Origin: Lingula anatina
Taxonomy: Eukaryota > Animalia > Brachiopoda
Assembly (NCBI GenBank): GCA_051362555.1
Contig: CM120641.1
Coordinates: forward strand, 3,348,001 to 3,412,000
Reading direction: 5' to 3'
Length of the DNA: 64,000 nt
In this document: one piece after another, positions 23,140 through 35,300 of the stretch
How positions within the stretch are numbered: position 1 is the first letter of the stretch
Layout: every line of letters begins with the position of its first letter
Position numbers and translations under genes: made by a program
The notes under the pieces: generated by a model
What the model was told of the DNA's origin: nothing
What the model saw: only the letters and a program-made list of their open reading frames with translations
Database searches by the model: none

Positions 23140-24567
23140 ATGCCTCGTGGTTTCCTGGTGAAGAGGCACTATCAGTGCGGCAGTGCCGGTGGACTGCAGG
23201 CACATCAGCTAGAGACAAGTCGGCTGAGGAGAAACTCAGAAGAAGATCGCTCCGATTCTGGCTCTGAGCACGATTACGTGTCTCACGACACGGCCCAGTC
23301 TCCGGATTCCGGGTTCTCAGCAAGTCCCTTGGCACTGACGACCAGAGACCGCAGCGCAAGCCCCGGTACGAGAGAGACGCCTCCCGAGCCCAGGGGATCC
23401 CAGCTTCGCCCTCTGTCCTCCCTCCAGCCCTACTACGTCCCGTCCAACTTAAGTTACTATCACAACACAGCGTCGACGTACTCACCTTTTTATTTTTCTT
23501 CTTTCGACCGTCTCTCCGTCACTTCACCGACGGGGAAGAATATCGTCACAGACTCTGTGGTTCCGCAATGTCCCAACAAAAAACGCAGCAACGATAGCAT
23601 ATCGAAGCCAAAGCCAAACAGAAAGTCAAAAGCTGCTCGTCGACTGAATTTCTCAGAGGTTAAGAATTCCCCGGTGTCTGGTACTTTTATCCGTGATTCA
23701 GACGATGAAGATACTGGAGGCGATATAGGAACCAGTAGGGTAGTAAGGGGAGACATTGACGGTTCGTTAAACTTTGTAGAAGTGACAGAGGAAGCCAAAA
23801 ACGAACTGGCAAAAATCGAAAACAAAATCGGAGACTATATTTGCCAGTTATGTAAAGAGTGGTTTGAGGACGCCTTCCGTTTAGCTCAACATCGGTGCTC
23901 GAGGATTGTCCATATAGAGTACAGGTGCCCTGAATGCGACAAAGTGTTTAACTGCCCGGCCAACCTAGCATCTCACCGGCGGTGGCACAAACCCAGACCC
24001 AACAGTTCTACAAAAGTTTCAGCTCCCTCTAAGATACTCCCAGCTCCACCGGCGGCCCACGATCACGACACTCCCCTCAACCTGGCGGTTAAGGACAGGG
24101 TCAATCCATCTCTCGGGACCCCAGCTACCACCGCCGAATCGGAGGCTCTCTACAGCTGTGACAAGTGCGACAAAAAGTTCCGTCGACGTGCATACTTGGT
24201 GAAACATCTTCAGACCCACCAGGTGGAGTCTTCTGAGCCGGCCCCTCGTAGGGTGGAACCAGAGAGGCCCTACCCCTGCCGGTACTGCGGCCAGGTGCTC
24301 CCCAGCGAAGAATATCTAGCAAAACATCTCCTGCAGCATAACGACGAGGTCTCGGTGATCCCCAGCGACAGACCCCGCCCTCCGCCATCCCACCTTCCAA
24401 ACGGGACCCCCTGTGTTCAGCCCGACTTTCTTTACAAGTGTAAACACTGCACCAGTGTTTTTTACACATCTGCCGCCTTAACGCGCCATATTAACAAACG
24501 GCATCCTTCCGATACGAAACAGGTGATCCTCCTTAATCTACCCACCCCCGAAATGAACAGACAGTAG
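23140..24567 (+). CDS. INSM1: Insulinoma-associated (INSM/IA-1/nerfin) zinc-finger transcription factor, single coding exon, 475 aa
   Basis: N-terminal SNAG motif MPRGFLVKR. Conserved SPVSGTFI block. INSM-diagnostic YICQLCKE...[38 protein letters not shown]. Three further C2H2 fingers and a C-terminal QVILL. Co-orthologue of vertebrate INSM1/INSM2. Confidence 0.97.
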   Translation: MPRGFLVKRHYQCGSAGGLQAHQLETSRLRRNSEEDRSDSGSEHDYVSHDTAQSPDSGFSASPLALTTRDRSASPGTRETPPEPRGSQLRPLSSLQPYYVPSNLSYYHNTASTYSPFYFSSFDRLSVTSPTGKNIVTDSVVPQCPNKKRSNDSISKPKPNRKSKAARRLNFSEVKNSPVSGTFIRDSDDEDTGGDIGTSRVVRGDIDGSLNFVEVTEEAKNELAKIENKIGDYICQLCKEWFEDAFRLAQHRCSRIVHIEYRCPECDKVFNCPANLASHRRWHKPRPNSSTKVSAPSKILPAPPAAHDHDTPLNLAVKDRVNPSLGTPATTAESEALYSCDKCDKKFRRRAYLVKHLQTHQVESSEPAPRRVEPERPYPCRYCGQVLPSEEYLAKHLLQHNDEVSVIPSDRPRPPPSHLPNGTPCVQPDFLYKCKHCTSVFYTSAALTRHINKRHPSDTKQVILLNLPTPEMNRQ

Positions 24568-25278
24568 GGATCAGGCACAACAAGTACCCCCACCCACCTC
24601 CTGGGGATATGTAAAGGGAGAGCGTGCAAAGATCAAGGATAAGATGGTGCCTTAAATATCTTTACTATATTAAAGATTGAAGTAAGTATATAATACAATA
24701 GGAAAAGTTTATATCGTTCGTATAGGTTTTGTATCACAAAGTGAAGTCAATTTCTATTCATTTCTATTTATTATTTTTGTGTTTTTATGGGTTAGGATAG
24801 CTAAGAATTTTAAACGTAAGTGCAATAAAAGTCCGCACCGTAACTGAACTTTAAGTGTAAGCAACAGGTTTATTGTTAAGTGCAATCCAAAGTCTTAATG
24901 AAATCATATCTTTACAAAAGAGATAATTTATTTTAAATGTATTTATGTTTAATATATTTAGGTTAAATTAGGTTGATAGGTTATGTTTTGATGTTATTTA
25001 CACTTTGTTTCGTTTACACGTTTACTTTTTTCTATTTAAATGTTACGCTGATATATTTATTGGACGCATGGAATGCGCTCTGTCATAGGTTATTTTTAAA
25101 GAAGTTTATTTTTACCAAATGTAACAAAGGGAGCTTTGCCACTAGGGATTTGTAATAAAGATATTGACCAAGAAAACAAAGCGCCGGTATCAGGTTCAAA
25201 TATTTCGTAAGTAACATAAATTGTCACTGATACTACGGGCGAAGTGAACAAGAACAAAACTTCTGATTTATCAATAAA
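24568..25278 (+). promoter_or_regulatory. INSM 3' UTR with miRNA seed matches and poly(A) signals
   Basis: GTGCCTTA 24647 (miR-124 8mer). GTGCAATA 24820 and GTGCAAT 24880 (miR-92/25 family). Several ATTTA. AATAAA at 24824, 25154 and 25273. Confidence 0.55.
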
Positions 25279-27113
25279 CAATGGTCGTCAAAACATTTAG
25301 CCCTTAATGAGCTCAAAAGCATAGTAGATATTTATTTATCTTTTACGTATCCAACCATCTTTTGATGTAAAAAAATGAAACGCATATTATATGTGAGCAG
25401 TCCCGTTTGTTCAAAACCCAACATTCCATTTTTTGTAGTATGGATATTTTATGATACATGTAGTTTTTCTTTAATTTATCGTTATGTAAAAATCCTATTT
25501 TTCAGAAAACTTCAATAGTTTTACACCTACATTTTACTGTAAGACCGACGATTCTTGAGCCTAAATTTTTTGTGTGGCTTCTTTCATGTTGTCAGCACAT
25601 CGGGAGTAGGATAAAGTGTTGGAATCAAGGTTAAGTGATTATATTGTAGTTATATGATTTGTCAACATAAACACTATTAGCCACTTTTCTCAGATGACGA
25701 CAAATCGTCGAAGGCCAGAGTCTCCTCAATTTTACAATATATATTTTTTAAATCTAATTTATGTTCCTAATTTATCCAGCAAAGCATCAGATAAAGGCAC
25801 TAAATGCTTTATTGACTGTCGCTATTAGATCGGTTACAGGTTTCTTTGCATTATATTGATATCTGAAACTAGAGTACGAGACAGCTGTACGCTGCAATAT
25901 GTTGAACATATACTAGCGTGTTATTTTGGACAAAGAATCAAAGAAAATTTGATAATTAAGAGCAAGGCGCACCTGCCGATATATTGTAGTGAATGTGAAT
26001 TTTGATCAGGGAAGTGATGTGCCCGTCACAATAACTTAACAACGTTATATTACCAGTGAATCGGGCTCATTGTCTTTAGATCAGTGAAAGGTTGTTATCC
26101 GAGAAATATTCCTAACAAAGGTAAACCATGAGAGAGCCAGTTTGAATGAATACTGACGACCGTGATAATTTAACAAAATTGCTGTATGAAAGACTCCGCC
26201 AGCTTTGGTTTATTTATTTAGTTCATTCAAGTAAAGGTGTTTTTATTTTCATGCACGGGTTTCTACCTGAATATACATCAGGGGGATAGTTATTCAACTT
26301 GGCCTAGTGTTTTTATTAATAATGACTTTCAGGAAAATATGCAACTGCTAGGAGGATTTGTCTCGCAAGTGCCTTATGCTCTGGGCGCGAAGCATGGAGA
26401 GGTTTTTACAGAACAAAGGCCACGGTTTCAAGCTGCCTTTGTGTAACTAAAATGCGGGCGAAGCACTCTGAAAACAATGGTGTTATAGAGATGATAGTAG
26501 TCTGGTTTTGATAGATCTATTAATAATTAATATCTATAAGATTGCAAATTACTGTTTGTATGCATTTTTTATCTTGAAACGGGGAAATTATTCAAAGTGC
26601 CTATCTAAATGCATTTCGTGATAATACTGTCGGTGAGCTGGTTTGAAAGGCATCTCAAGACACAATATTAGGATTATTTGTATTTCAAGATTAAAAGTTA
26701 ACAATATCACATATGTATGGTATATACGGTGATTTCTTGTGACCCCAAATGCTTCAGAGTTTTATTACCTAGACACTTATTATCCAGCTTTACACTTTTT
26801 ATATAAAGGTAAATAGGATTTTACCACCTACCCACCGGCGCTAAGCTGTATGGTATTATTTAATTGATAAAATCCTGATAGTTTGTAATACAAAGGGTAG
26901 CAGCAGCTATTGAATTTGAAATGATCTGACACGGTAGACTCCATAGTAGAACCAACTTGTAGATTAGCAGATTGATTTGCTTTTATAAGCGACATGATTG
27001 TACTCGCCAGAAATGAGGCAAATAAAATGAAATAAACTATTTTATCACTGAGGTTTGTGCGCTGTAGTTGTTTATTTTATGTGATACGACCGGGACAAAT
27101 ACAATTATTCGTA

Positions 27114-27136
27114 GTGGGTGTGGTGGTGGTGGTGGT

Positions 27137-27170
<34 letters not shown>
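27114..27170 (+). repeat. (GGT)n plus poly-G tract
   Basis: Directly visible. A similar (GT)n plus poly-G tract lies at ~11146-11182. Confidence 0.9.
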
Positions 27171-27171
<1 letters not shown>

Positions 27172-29884
27172 CATCGAAAATGACCCAGATGACTCTGCCT
27201 TAACCTTCATAAGAAAATGTCACATAAAGAGTAAATTTTTCAATGAAAAAAAAAACAATTTGTTTTTCAAGAAACACGACATGTATATTGCATATGATAT
27301 TGTGAATATTTATTTATCTTTAAATACAACCAGGTAAAATTCACTAATTTACTACAAGTTATTGACAAAAAAACCGTCACGAGATAATATTTGTGTGCGC
27401 GATTTGTTGACGTGCGTTTGCTCTAATAGCCCGTATGATGAGTTGCTTTCACGGTAATGTATACGTGAGTTAGTCTCTCTTGCATATCGACTTTCACCCG
27501 CATATGACGCCTGCTCCCATCAGAGTGACGTGGTGACAGTAATTATACTATCATATAAGTGGTGTCTTTGATGCTTTTCATATGGCTGTGGATTAAAAGG
27601 ATCAGTCGTACAAGACTACAGCGAAGAAATGCTGAATTGGGAATACTTGTTGAATGAATATTTATCTTTCAACTGCATACCAATGCATACATTGTATAAT
27701 GTTAAAATATACAGACACAAACCAAATACACACAACGGATTTACTTCAAAAATTGAGGAAATGACACATACAGAAGTATTTTTCATTATTATTTTGATAA
27801 GAATTCGTTAACTTGCGTTGTTTTGAATGATGCGCGACATCAGATTTTTATGTACACCAAATTTCAACTAAACGAGTTATGAGTTTGATGTGTGTGTTTG
27901 TATTTTGACAGTATGGAAAAGTGCAAAAAATATATATGTAGAAAAATACCCGCAACCATAGAGTGAAAAAAATTCTCTGTAACATCAGAAGTGGGTATTA
28001 TGAATAGATGTCAGGCTGACCAATTGAATAACGGAGAGAGTCGTGTCACCGGGGCATAAGCTGAAAAGCTCTAGGGTCGACATACAACACAAGACGCTCG
28101 CCTTCTTTAGCAACAGCGGAAAATGAATGGTGACCCGTGTAATATGGCTCAGCCTACCTTGCCGTCACGTGGAGGGCTCTTATCAGGTGCGAGGCAATTT
28201 TGTAAGAGTATATTTAAATAAGCGTTATGTCATTCAATTGTTGAAAAGATATAAACATCTCAGCATAAAAATCTCAGAATACTCAAATAAATGTACATTA
28301 GAATAACATACAAAAATAAACGGAATTGATAGTCGAAAATGCGTGTAAAACTTCCAGGTAAGAAAAACTGGCATCTGGCTTTAAGTATGAACAAATGTAA
28401 TCCTAGCCTTAAGTCAGATTTTTTTTTACATTTACAATATATTATGTAATTGTTTGGTTCTAAACAGGAGTCATTGTGCACATGTAGTCCTACATCTAAA
28501 GTCATCCATAAAAATAAACAAATAACTAAATGGATGTATATTGATGATAACATAAAACGAACAGATTAAAGAAAATGAATGAATGATTAAATTGATAGAT
28601 AAACAAAAATGAATGCGAACTCAGCTTCCACCACGTGCGCGTTTTGTTCAGTGCTAGATAAAAAATATTAGGGTGAAATTTCGCCATGGTTCCCCTTTTA
28701 ATTGAAAGAATTCTGGTATTTCTGCTACGGTAGAAGATGAATTCTGTCAGCTTTTTATTAAGGATATAGACAGATGTAAGGAACCACGGGATAAGACACG
28801 GAATCACCAAAAGATGTCATAACGCTTTCTTTCGATACAATTGCGTTAGAGTAAAAAATTGATTGCAATAGAGATGACATACAATTGCGACAGAACGGCG
28901 ATTTTCAGCACATTACCAGAACCAGATCAGATGGGGTCTTGATATTTGTTGAGTGAAGGGGGAGGGGGTGGTCACTGTGTGCACAGGATTGTCCATACGC
29001 ACAGTTTTAGCATTCGGGTTAAGTTAAAATAAGCCAAAGTTCGTGAACAATATCCAGTTTCAATTGAAATGGTTGCAGTATTAAAAATTCGATTGCTTTA
29101 CTCATATTGGTGTCACGTTGGTGTTACACTTTAGAGATAAAGGGTATGTTTACAGAAGGTCACCGAGAAAGAAGAGAAAACTTTTTTATCCCCAAAGTAC
29201 ACAATATCCATAATATTTAACAGAAAATTTCTATCCACGAACCCGTCTTTGAGTTACCTCTTGTAAAAGGAAGAGACTGGTGAATTAGACTGACGGTTTG
29301 AATGGAATTTAAAAACTGGTAAATAAATCTTAATTTTATCAGCGGCTGATGCTATATATATATAGAGGAAAAATTGCTGAAATTTCCAAGATTTTCTTTG
29401 CTGTATTGGACCCAACGCGCGTTGTACGTCTTTAAATAGTGAGTAAAAATCGGTATCTCTACAATAAAAATATTATATTCGAAGTGAATTTATCAGAATT
29501 TAGTCGGTTTTCACGACCTAGAAATAAAAGAACTGCGTGTCGTCAGTTTCACGACGCCACGCGAGCTTTTCAGAATTAAGTCGTAGTCGTCATGCACCTA
29601 TTAGGTCTCGTACCTTAGGGCCAGTTTGATTACCCTCTAGCCAATTCTTTGAACTTCCACCACTTTTCTGGACATTTTTCTTTTTTTTTTTGCAATTTTC
29701 TCTAGTTTGCACATTTTTGCATAAAAATGACGTCATCACCCTTGGTAGAAAGACGTAGAGAAAGTAGTCAGAGGTGCTTGCAAAACGTTATTAAAACATC
29801 CACGATAAACGAAGCCTGGGTGCTTTCAAATTAATTTACCCATATTTCAAATGATCAAAACCCCAACAATAATACACAACATAG

Positions 29885-29890
29885 TTTATT
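29885..29890 (-). terminator. Candidate RALGAPA polyadenylation signal
   Basis: TTTATT on the + strand (AATAAA on -), ~1.5 kb past the stop codon. It is followed on the - strand by GT-rich TGTTGTGTATTATTGTTGGGG and coincides with the edge of the CpG-poor domain. Confidence 0.5.
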
Positions 29891-31418
29891 CCCATTGATA
29901 ACATAGACACTTACTGAAGCCAAATTCCAAGTGCTTGAAGCACAGATGAAATACGAGAGGTACTGGCATCTACGTATATCTATAAGAATGGCCACAATTA
30001 CAAAAGATACATCTAGTTAGAAGAAACCAAATAAATTGATATGATTCTTGGTTTAAATTATAAAAATATATTACTGTAAGTGAAAAAAAATCTCCCTGCT
30101 AATTTCATATTAGTAAATTAGTAAAGTGAAATTAAATTCATATTCACATTCATAACATATACATATAATTTATAAACTCCTTTATATCATAGTAAAACTC
30201 AACAATTTAAATTTTATCATAACACACATTTAAGTTACAGGACAATATCGGGTCCTCCTTTTACATGGACAACATATCCTGGGTAATTTTCACCAATAAT
30301 TAGTCAGATACGACTTCCAACAATAATGCAATATAATAATAATTAGTCAGATAGGACCTGCAACTCAGATGCAATACATGTCAGAGTAGAAGGTAGTGTA
30401 AAACAGGGAAGCATGCATTACATTAAAGTTGGCAACTTGTGCCTCAAGTCTCATCACAAAAGACATCAACATCATTATAAAATGTGCCCAAGGACACAAA
30501 ACCCAAGAGAGACTTATATTTGTGCAAGTATAGTTTACTCCATTACCTGGTTCAAATGTTAACAGGAATACAATCAAATGTATACCTAAAAGTCTTGAGG
30601 ATTGCACAAGCATAATTTACATAAATTGCCATTTCGTGGTGCTTCTTTTGACGAAGAGAGAGGGAGAGAATTATACAAAAATATTCTGTTTCACTGCAAA
30701 TAAATAATCATAGGTGGCGTGACACACTTCTGAAGTTCATATTTTCCATCAATGTTTAAAATTGACAGTAACAATTAGATAGTTAAATATCTAAAATAAT
30801 TAACATTAATCTAAAATAAACATAAAGATGCTCACAATAGTTGCAAAAACCATGCCCTACAAAATTCCAAGTGTAAATAAAAAGTTTATATATTTGGACA
30901 TAGAGTAAAGTCAATGGGCAAAACTCTAATTAAGAATATGGCCCATTTCTCTGAATATATGAACATTAACAGTCCTTCCTTCCTTCAAGCTGTTTTCAGT
31001 TTAAAACAGTTTTCTTAAGTAGCATTTTAAATATTGATTATTGTCTCCCCTTGGACCTGCTCTTGGATTTGACATCCCCCACCCCCCCAATCCACCTGTG
31101 CTATTTTCACATTCTGCCAAACTTAGAATATAGCACAACTTATGCTCACTGAAGTCAATCAGATTATTTTTGGTCAAATCAGTTTAATTGTGAACTCAAC
31201 CTTTGTTTTAGAGTTGTTTCACAGTATTTACATTGAGGGGCAAATTCAGTTAATACTTGTAGATTGTGTAAACGCTGTGCGCAGAACTTGCTACCAGAGT
31301 CCAGACCATGTGACATGGGAGCACAAGACGAGAGAAATCCACAAGATCACAGCCTGCAGAATGGGCCAAGATGGACTTTGACTGGTGACAGTGGCTCCAT
31401 CTATAAGGCAAAAAATTC

Positions 31419-32362
31419 TCATCTCTTGGTCTTGGTATTGGGGCTGTCGGGAGGAGTGGAGGCCATTTTGTGAGTAGACGATCTTCTGGTCTTCCATGAC
31501 AATTTGCGAGCAACTTTCTCTGAGGTACTGTCACTGTCAGAACCTAAAATATAACAGCTACAAGTAGGGCTGTAGTTAAAATCACTTTATAAAAACTTCT
31601 TATTGTGCATCTTCCAAATGATTCAAATAATTGAAAAAGATACATATCTTTATGTATAATTTAAGCAAGCACATAATTAGCAAAAATGATGTGTTAAATA
31701 AATCTGTAATTCCAAGTTCACGTATACACAATATCTGATTATATTTCATGCACTAGAATGTAACATTCTTTCAGATTAGGACTAGGAAAGAGGTTGCATT
31801 CTCTGGTGATAACATGTAGCATGCAAATCTACAGCTGAATAAAAACTGAGAACATAATAATAATAATAATAATAATAAAATCTGATCACTATTATTTATG
31901 GGAGCTATTATAAGTTTCCCTTTTGTAATCATCAAACAAAAACTCAATGCTCATATGCCATGAAATGAAAGAAGCCTGGAAAATGTCAAACAAGTCATAC
32001 TTAGGCATGAAAAAAGTCTGAAATGTGAAAACTGAATTAAAAAAAGCACAAAGAAAGGGAATGGTGCCATACCATCAAATTATGGCTATTTTTTTTCCTC
32101 TCCTTGCATTAAAATCCAAATAAACACATAAACACATGCACAAAGGCATGCAGTCAAGCATTCAAATGTGAGGCTACTGTCAAGTACGGTGCTTTTGTGT
32201 TATCTCTACCTAATAATACATTGGCAGTTAAATAAGCAAGGTTTTGCTTATACATTTTATGAAAATATATACACCAGATAGGAAGGTCTTTTTGTTCATA
32301 ATTGCTTTTAGAAGGGTTTTCAACTGTCAAAGAAAAAAATTTAATCAAATCAAATTTAACAA

Positions 32363-32397
<35 letters not shown>

Positions 32398-35300
32398 AAT
32401 AAATAAATAAATAAATAAAATAAAAAATAGAAAATATCAATGAAAATTAATACTTTTGGAAACACTGATAACAAAATAATGAGAATAATAATAAAATAAA
32501 TGTTGTAAATGCACTATCATGCACTATCAATTTCATGTTTTGAAAATAATTTAATGTCTGTATTAAAAAAACATGGACCTTAAAAGAAATGATCAAGCTA
32601 AAAGCATGTTTAAACTTAATACTTTTTCTCATAAAACTAAAACAGCAAAAAACATTTTTGATATATTACATACATAACAAAAGTAACAAAATAGTGTTAA
32701 AAGTAAAGCAGTTCCTTTCTACTACTACAAGCACCAAGGTGTCAACAAAGGTGTCAATGTGCTGTCTTTGTGAAGAATTCATGAAATAAAACAGCAACAC
32801 ACCAAAAGCAGTGTTTAAAACCCAGACTGAGACCCATCACAGTGCAACTGACATCACGGGACAACCAGATTACCTGACAAAACTGGCCGACAAGAAGTCT
32901 TCAGGGGCAGGATATGAAGTCTTATGGCAAGCCACATTTCTTCTAATTTTGTAATATTTTCTTTTGTTATATATGACGTTTGAAAGATAATTATTTCCCA
33001 TGCTCAAGTATCAATGATCTGATTCAGTGGCATTAAATTCATTAGATATTGTTAATTACCCCCTAGGTATGTCAGACATTTAAGCTGCTTATACTGAGTG
33101 AAATTTATTCAGAATCCCTACAGAGTAAGATCGAACCAGCTAATACAATGGGTTTATGGGAACACTCCCTTAGTTAAGTGGGTTTGCTTTGTACGGAGTA
33201 CTGTTATCAATCCATTTATATTTTTTCCACCTAAAATAAAGTTAATATTTTTCATTTGTTGTTGCTTATATTTAGTTATTTATTTAGTCTAACAATAATT
33301 ATAATAATGCTCGTTATATTACCATGAGAAACCATATAATTTTACAGACTTTGTAATTTAATCATATATAATTTTGTTTAATATCATTTCTCATTTAACT
33401 TAGTCTTTTTTTCTGTTTCTTTTGCAACAATGAATTCCTTTAATGTATTTTTTCAATTTTTACCATGGTAATGAAATGTTTCGAATAAACATGGTTTGAA
33501 TAAACCGTGACATCCAAAGAATCATTCAGAGTTCCCCAGTACAAGTAATGGCTGTTTGGTGATGTCAGTGAGACTGAAGTCTAAATCAGTCCAGTCTTCA
33601 AATACATACTCAATATTGTGTGTGGATGCAACAAGAAATAACTACAATGCAGCTTTTCTAACACAATGGAAGTCCAATAATAACTCTGGGATTTCTTTGC
33701 CAATCAGATGACTGATCAAGTCAGGCTTTGTAAGTCATATACTCTAGAGCAATGGGGTCAATTTCTTTGCACAAACTTCACTTTATTGTTTCCTTAAAAT
33801 GCACTTAAAATGCATTTTTCAGATAATTTCATAATCTAATCTTTACTTTACAGACTCATAAATCTCTTATCACCATGCGTTAACCGTACTGAATTTTTTT
33901 CACAACCAACAGTTTTATATGTCCACAGAAAAAAAATCAAACAAACAGAGAAGATAAAATTGTCCATACTGTTGATAAAAATCAAAATTGAGTCAAAATT
34001 TGAGCAACTTTCAACAAAAGTTATTTGGTGGCAGCATATGCAAGAGAATTTCCAAATGCATTTCCAAATACTCTGCAAAATAATAATTGTTGATGTAACC
34101 ATCCTACGTGGATTGAAAAAAAAATTTACCCAAGCTATCAACTTGACTTCCATTGGTTCAACACATGCTTTGGTACTATACCTCCAATAATCACAACAAA
34201 TAAAAATTCAAAACAGTATACCTGCTACACCAAGCTGTCCAAAGTCGGGATGTAATGGGTTCTCAAACATACAAGCCTACCAAAGAAGAACAAAATAAAC
34301 CATACAGAAAGCCACCTACAGAATGCCAAGACACCACAAAACAATGGTGGACAGTGAACAGGCAGAAAGACAGAGGCAAAGTTGGGTACATGTAAAGATC
34401 ACAGTGAACTATATGTGGTGGTGTAGTGGACTGTGTGATCACAGTCAACTATATGTGGTGGTCTAGTGGACTGTGTGATCACAGTCAACTATATGTGGTG
34501 GTCTAGTGGACTGTGTGATCACAGTGAACTATATGTGGTGGTCTAGTGGACTGTGTGATCACAGTCAACTATATGTGGTGGTCTAGTGGACTGTGTGATC
34601 ACAGTGAACTATATGTGGTGGTCTAGTGGACTGTGTGATCACAGTCAACTATATGTGGTGGTCTAGTGGACTGTGTGATCACAGTGAACTATATGTGGTG
34701 GTCTAGTGGACTGTGTGATCACAGTCAACTATATGTGGTGGTCTAGTGGACTGTGTGATCACAGTGAACTATATGTGGTGGTCTAGTGGACTGTGTGATC
34801 ACAGTGAACTATATGTGGTGGTCTAGTGGACTGTGTGATCACAGTCAACTATATGTGGTGGTGTAGTGGACTGTGTGATCACAGTGAACTATATGTGGTG
34901 GTCTAGTGGACTGTGTGATCACAGTGAACTATATGTGGTGGTCTAGTGGACTGTGTGATCACAGTGAACTATATGTGGTGGTCTAGTGGACTGTGTGATC
35001 ACAGTCAACTATATGTGGTGGTCTAGTGGACTGTGTGATCACAGTGAACTATATGTGGTGGTCTAGTGGACTGTGTGATCACAGTGAACTATATGTGGTG
35101 GTCTAGTGGACTGTGTGATCACAGTGAACTATATGTGGTGGTCTAGTGGACTGTGTGATCACAGTCAACTATATGTGGTGGTCTAGTGGACTGTGTGATC
35201 ACAGTGAACTATATGTGGTGGTCTAGTGGACTGTGTGATCACAGTCAACTATATGTGGTGGTCTAGTGGACTGTGTGATCACAGTGAACTATATGTGGTG

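Noticed and set aside
22997-24469. Several antisense ORFs over INSM
   Set aside because: Shadow ORFs of a GC-rich coding exon.
27068-27337. Poly-glycine ORF
   Set aside because: Translation of a (GGT)n/poly-G tract. The homopolymer length may also be a sequencing artefact.
28020-28200. Possible SINE fragment (also ~14610-15030)
   Set aside because: GC-richer patches, but I could not identify A/B boxes, a tail or a second copy.
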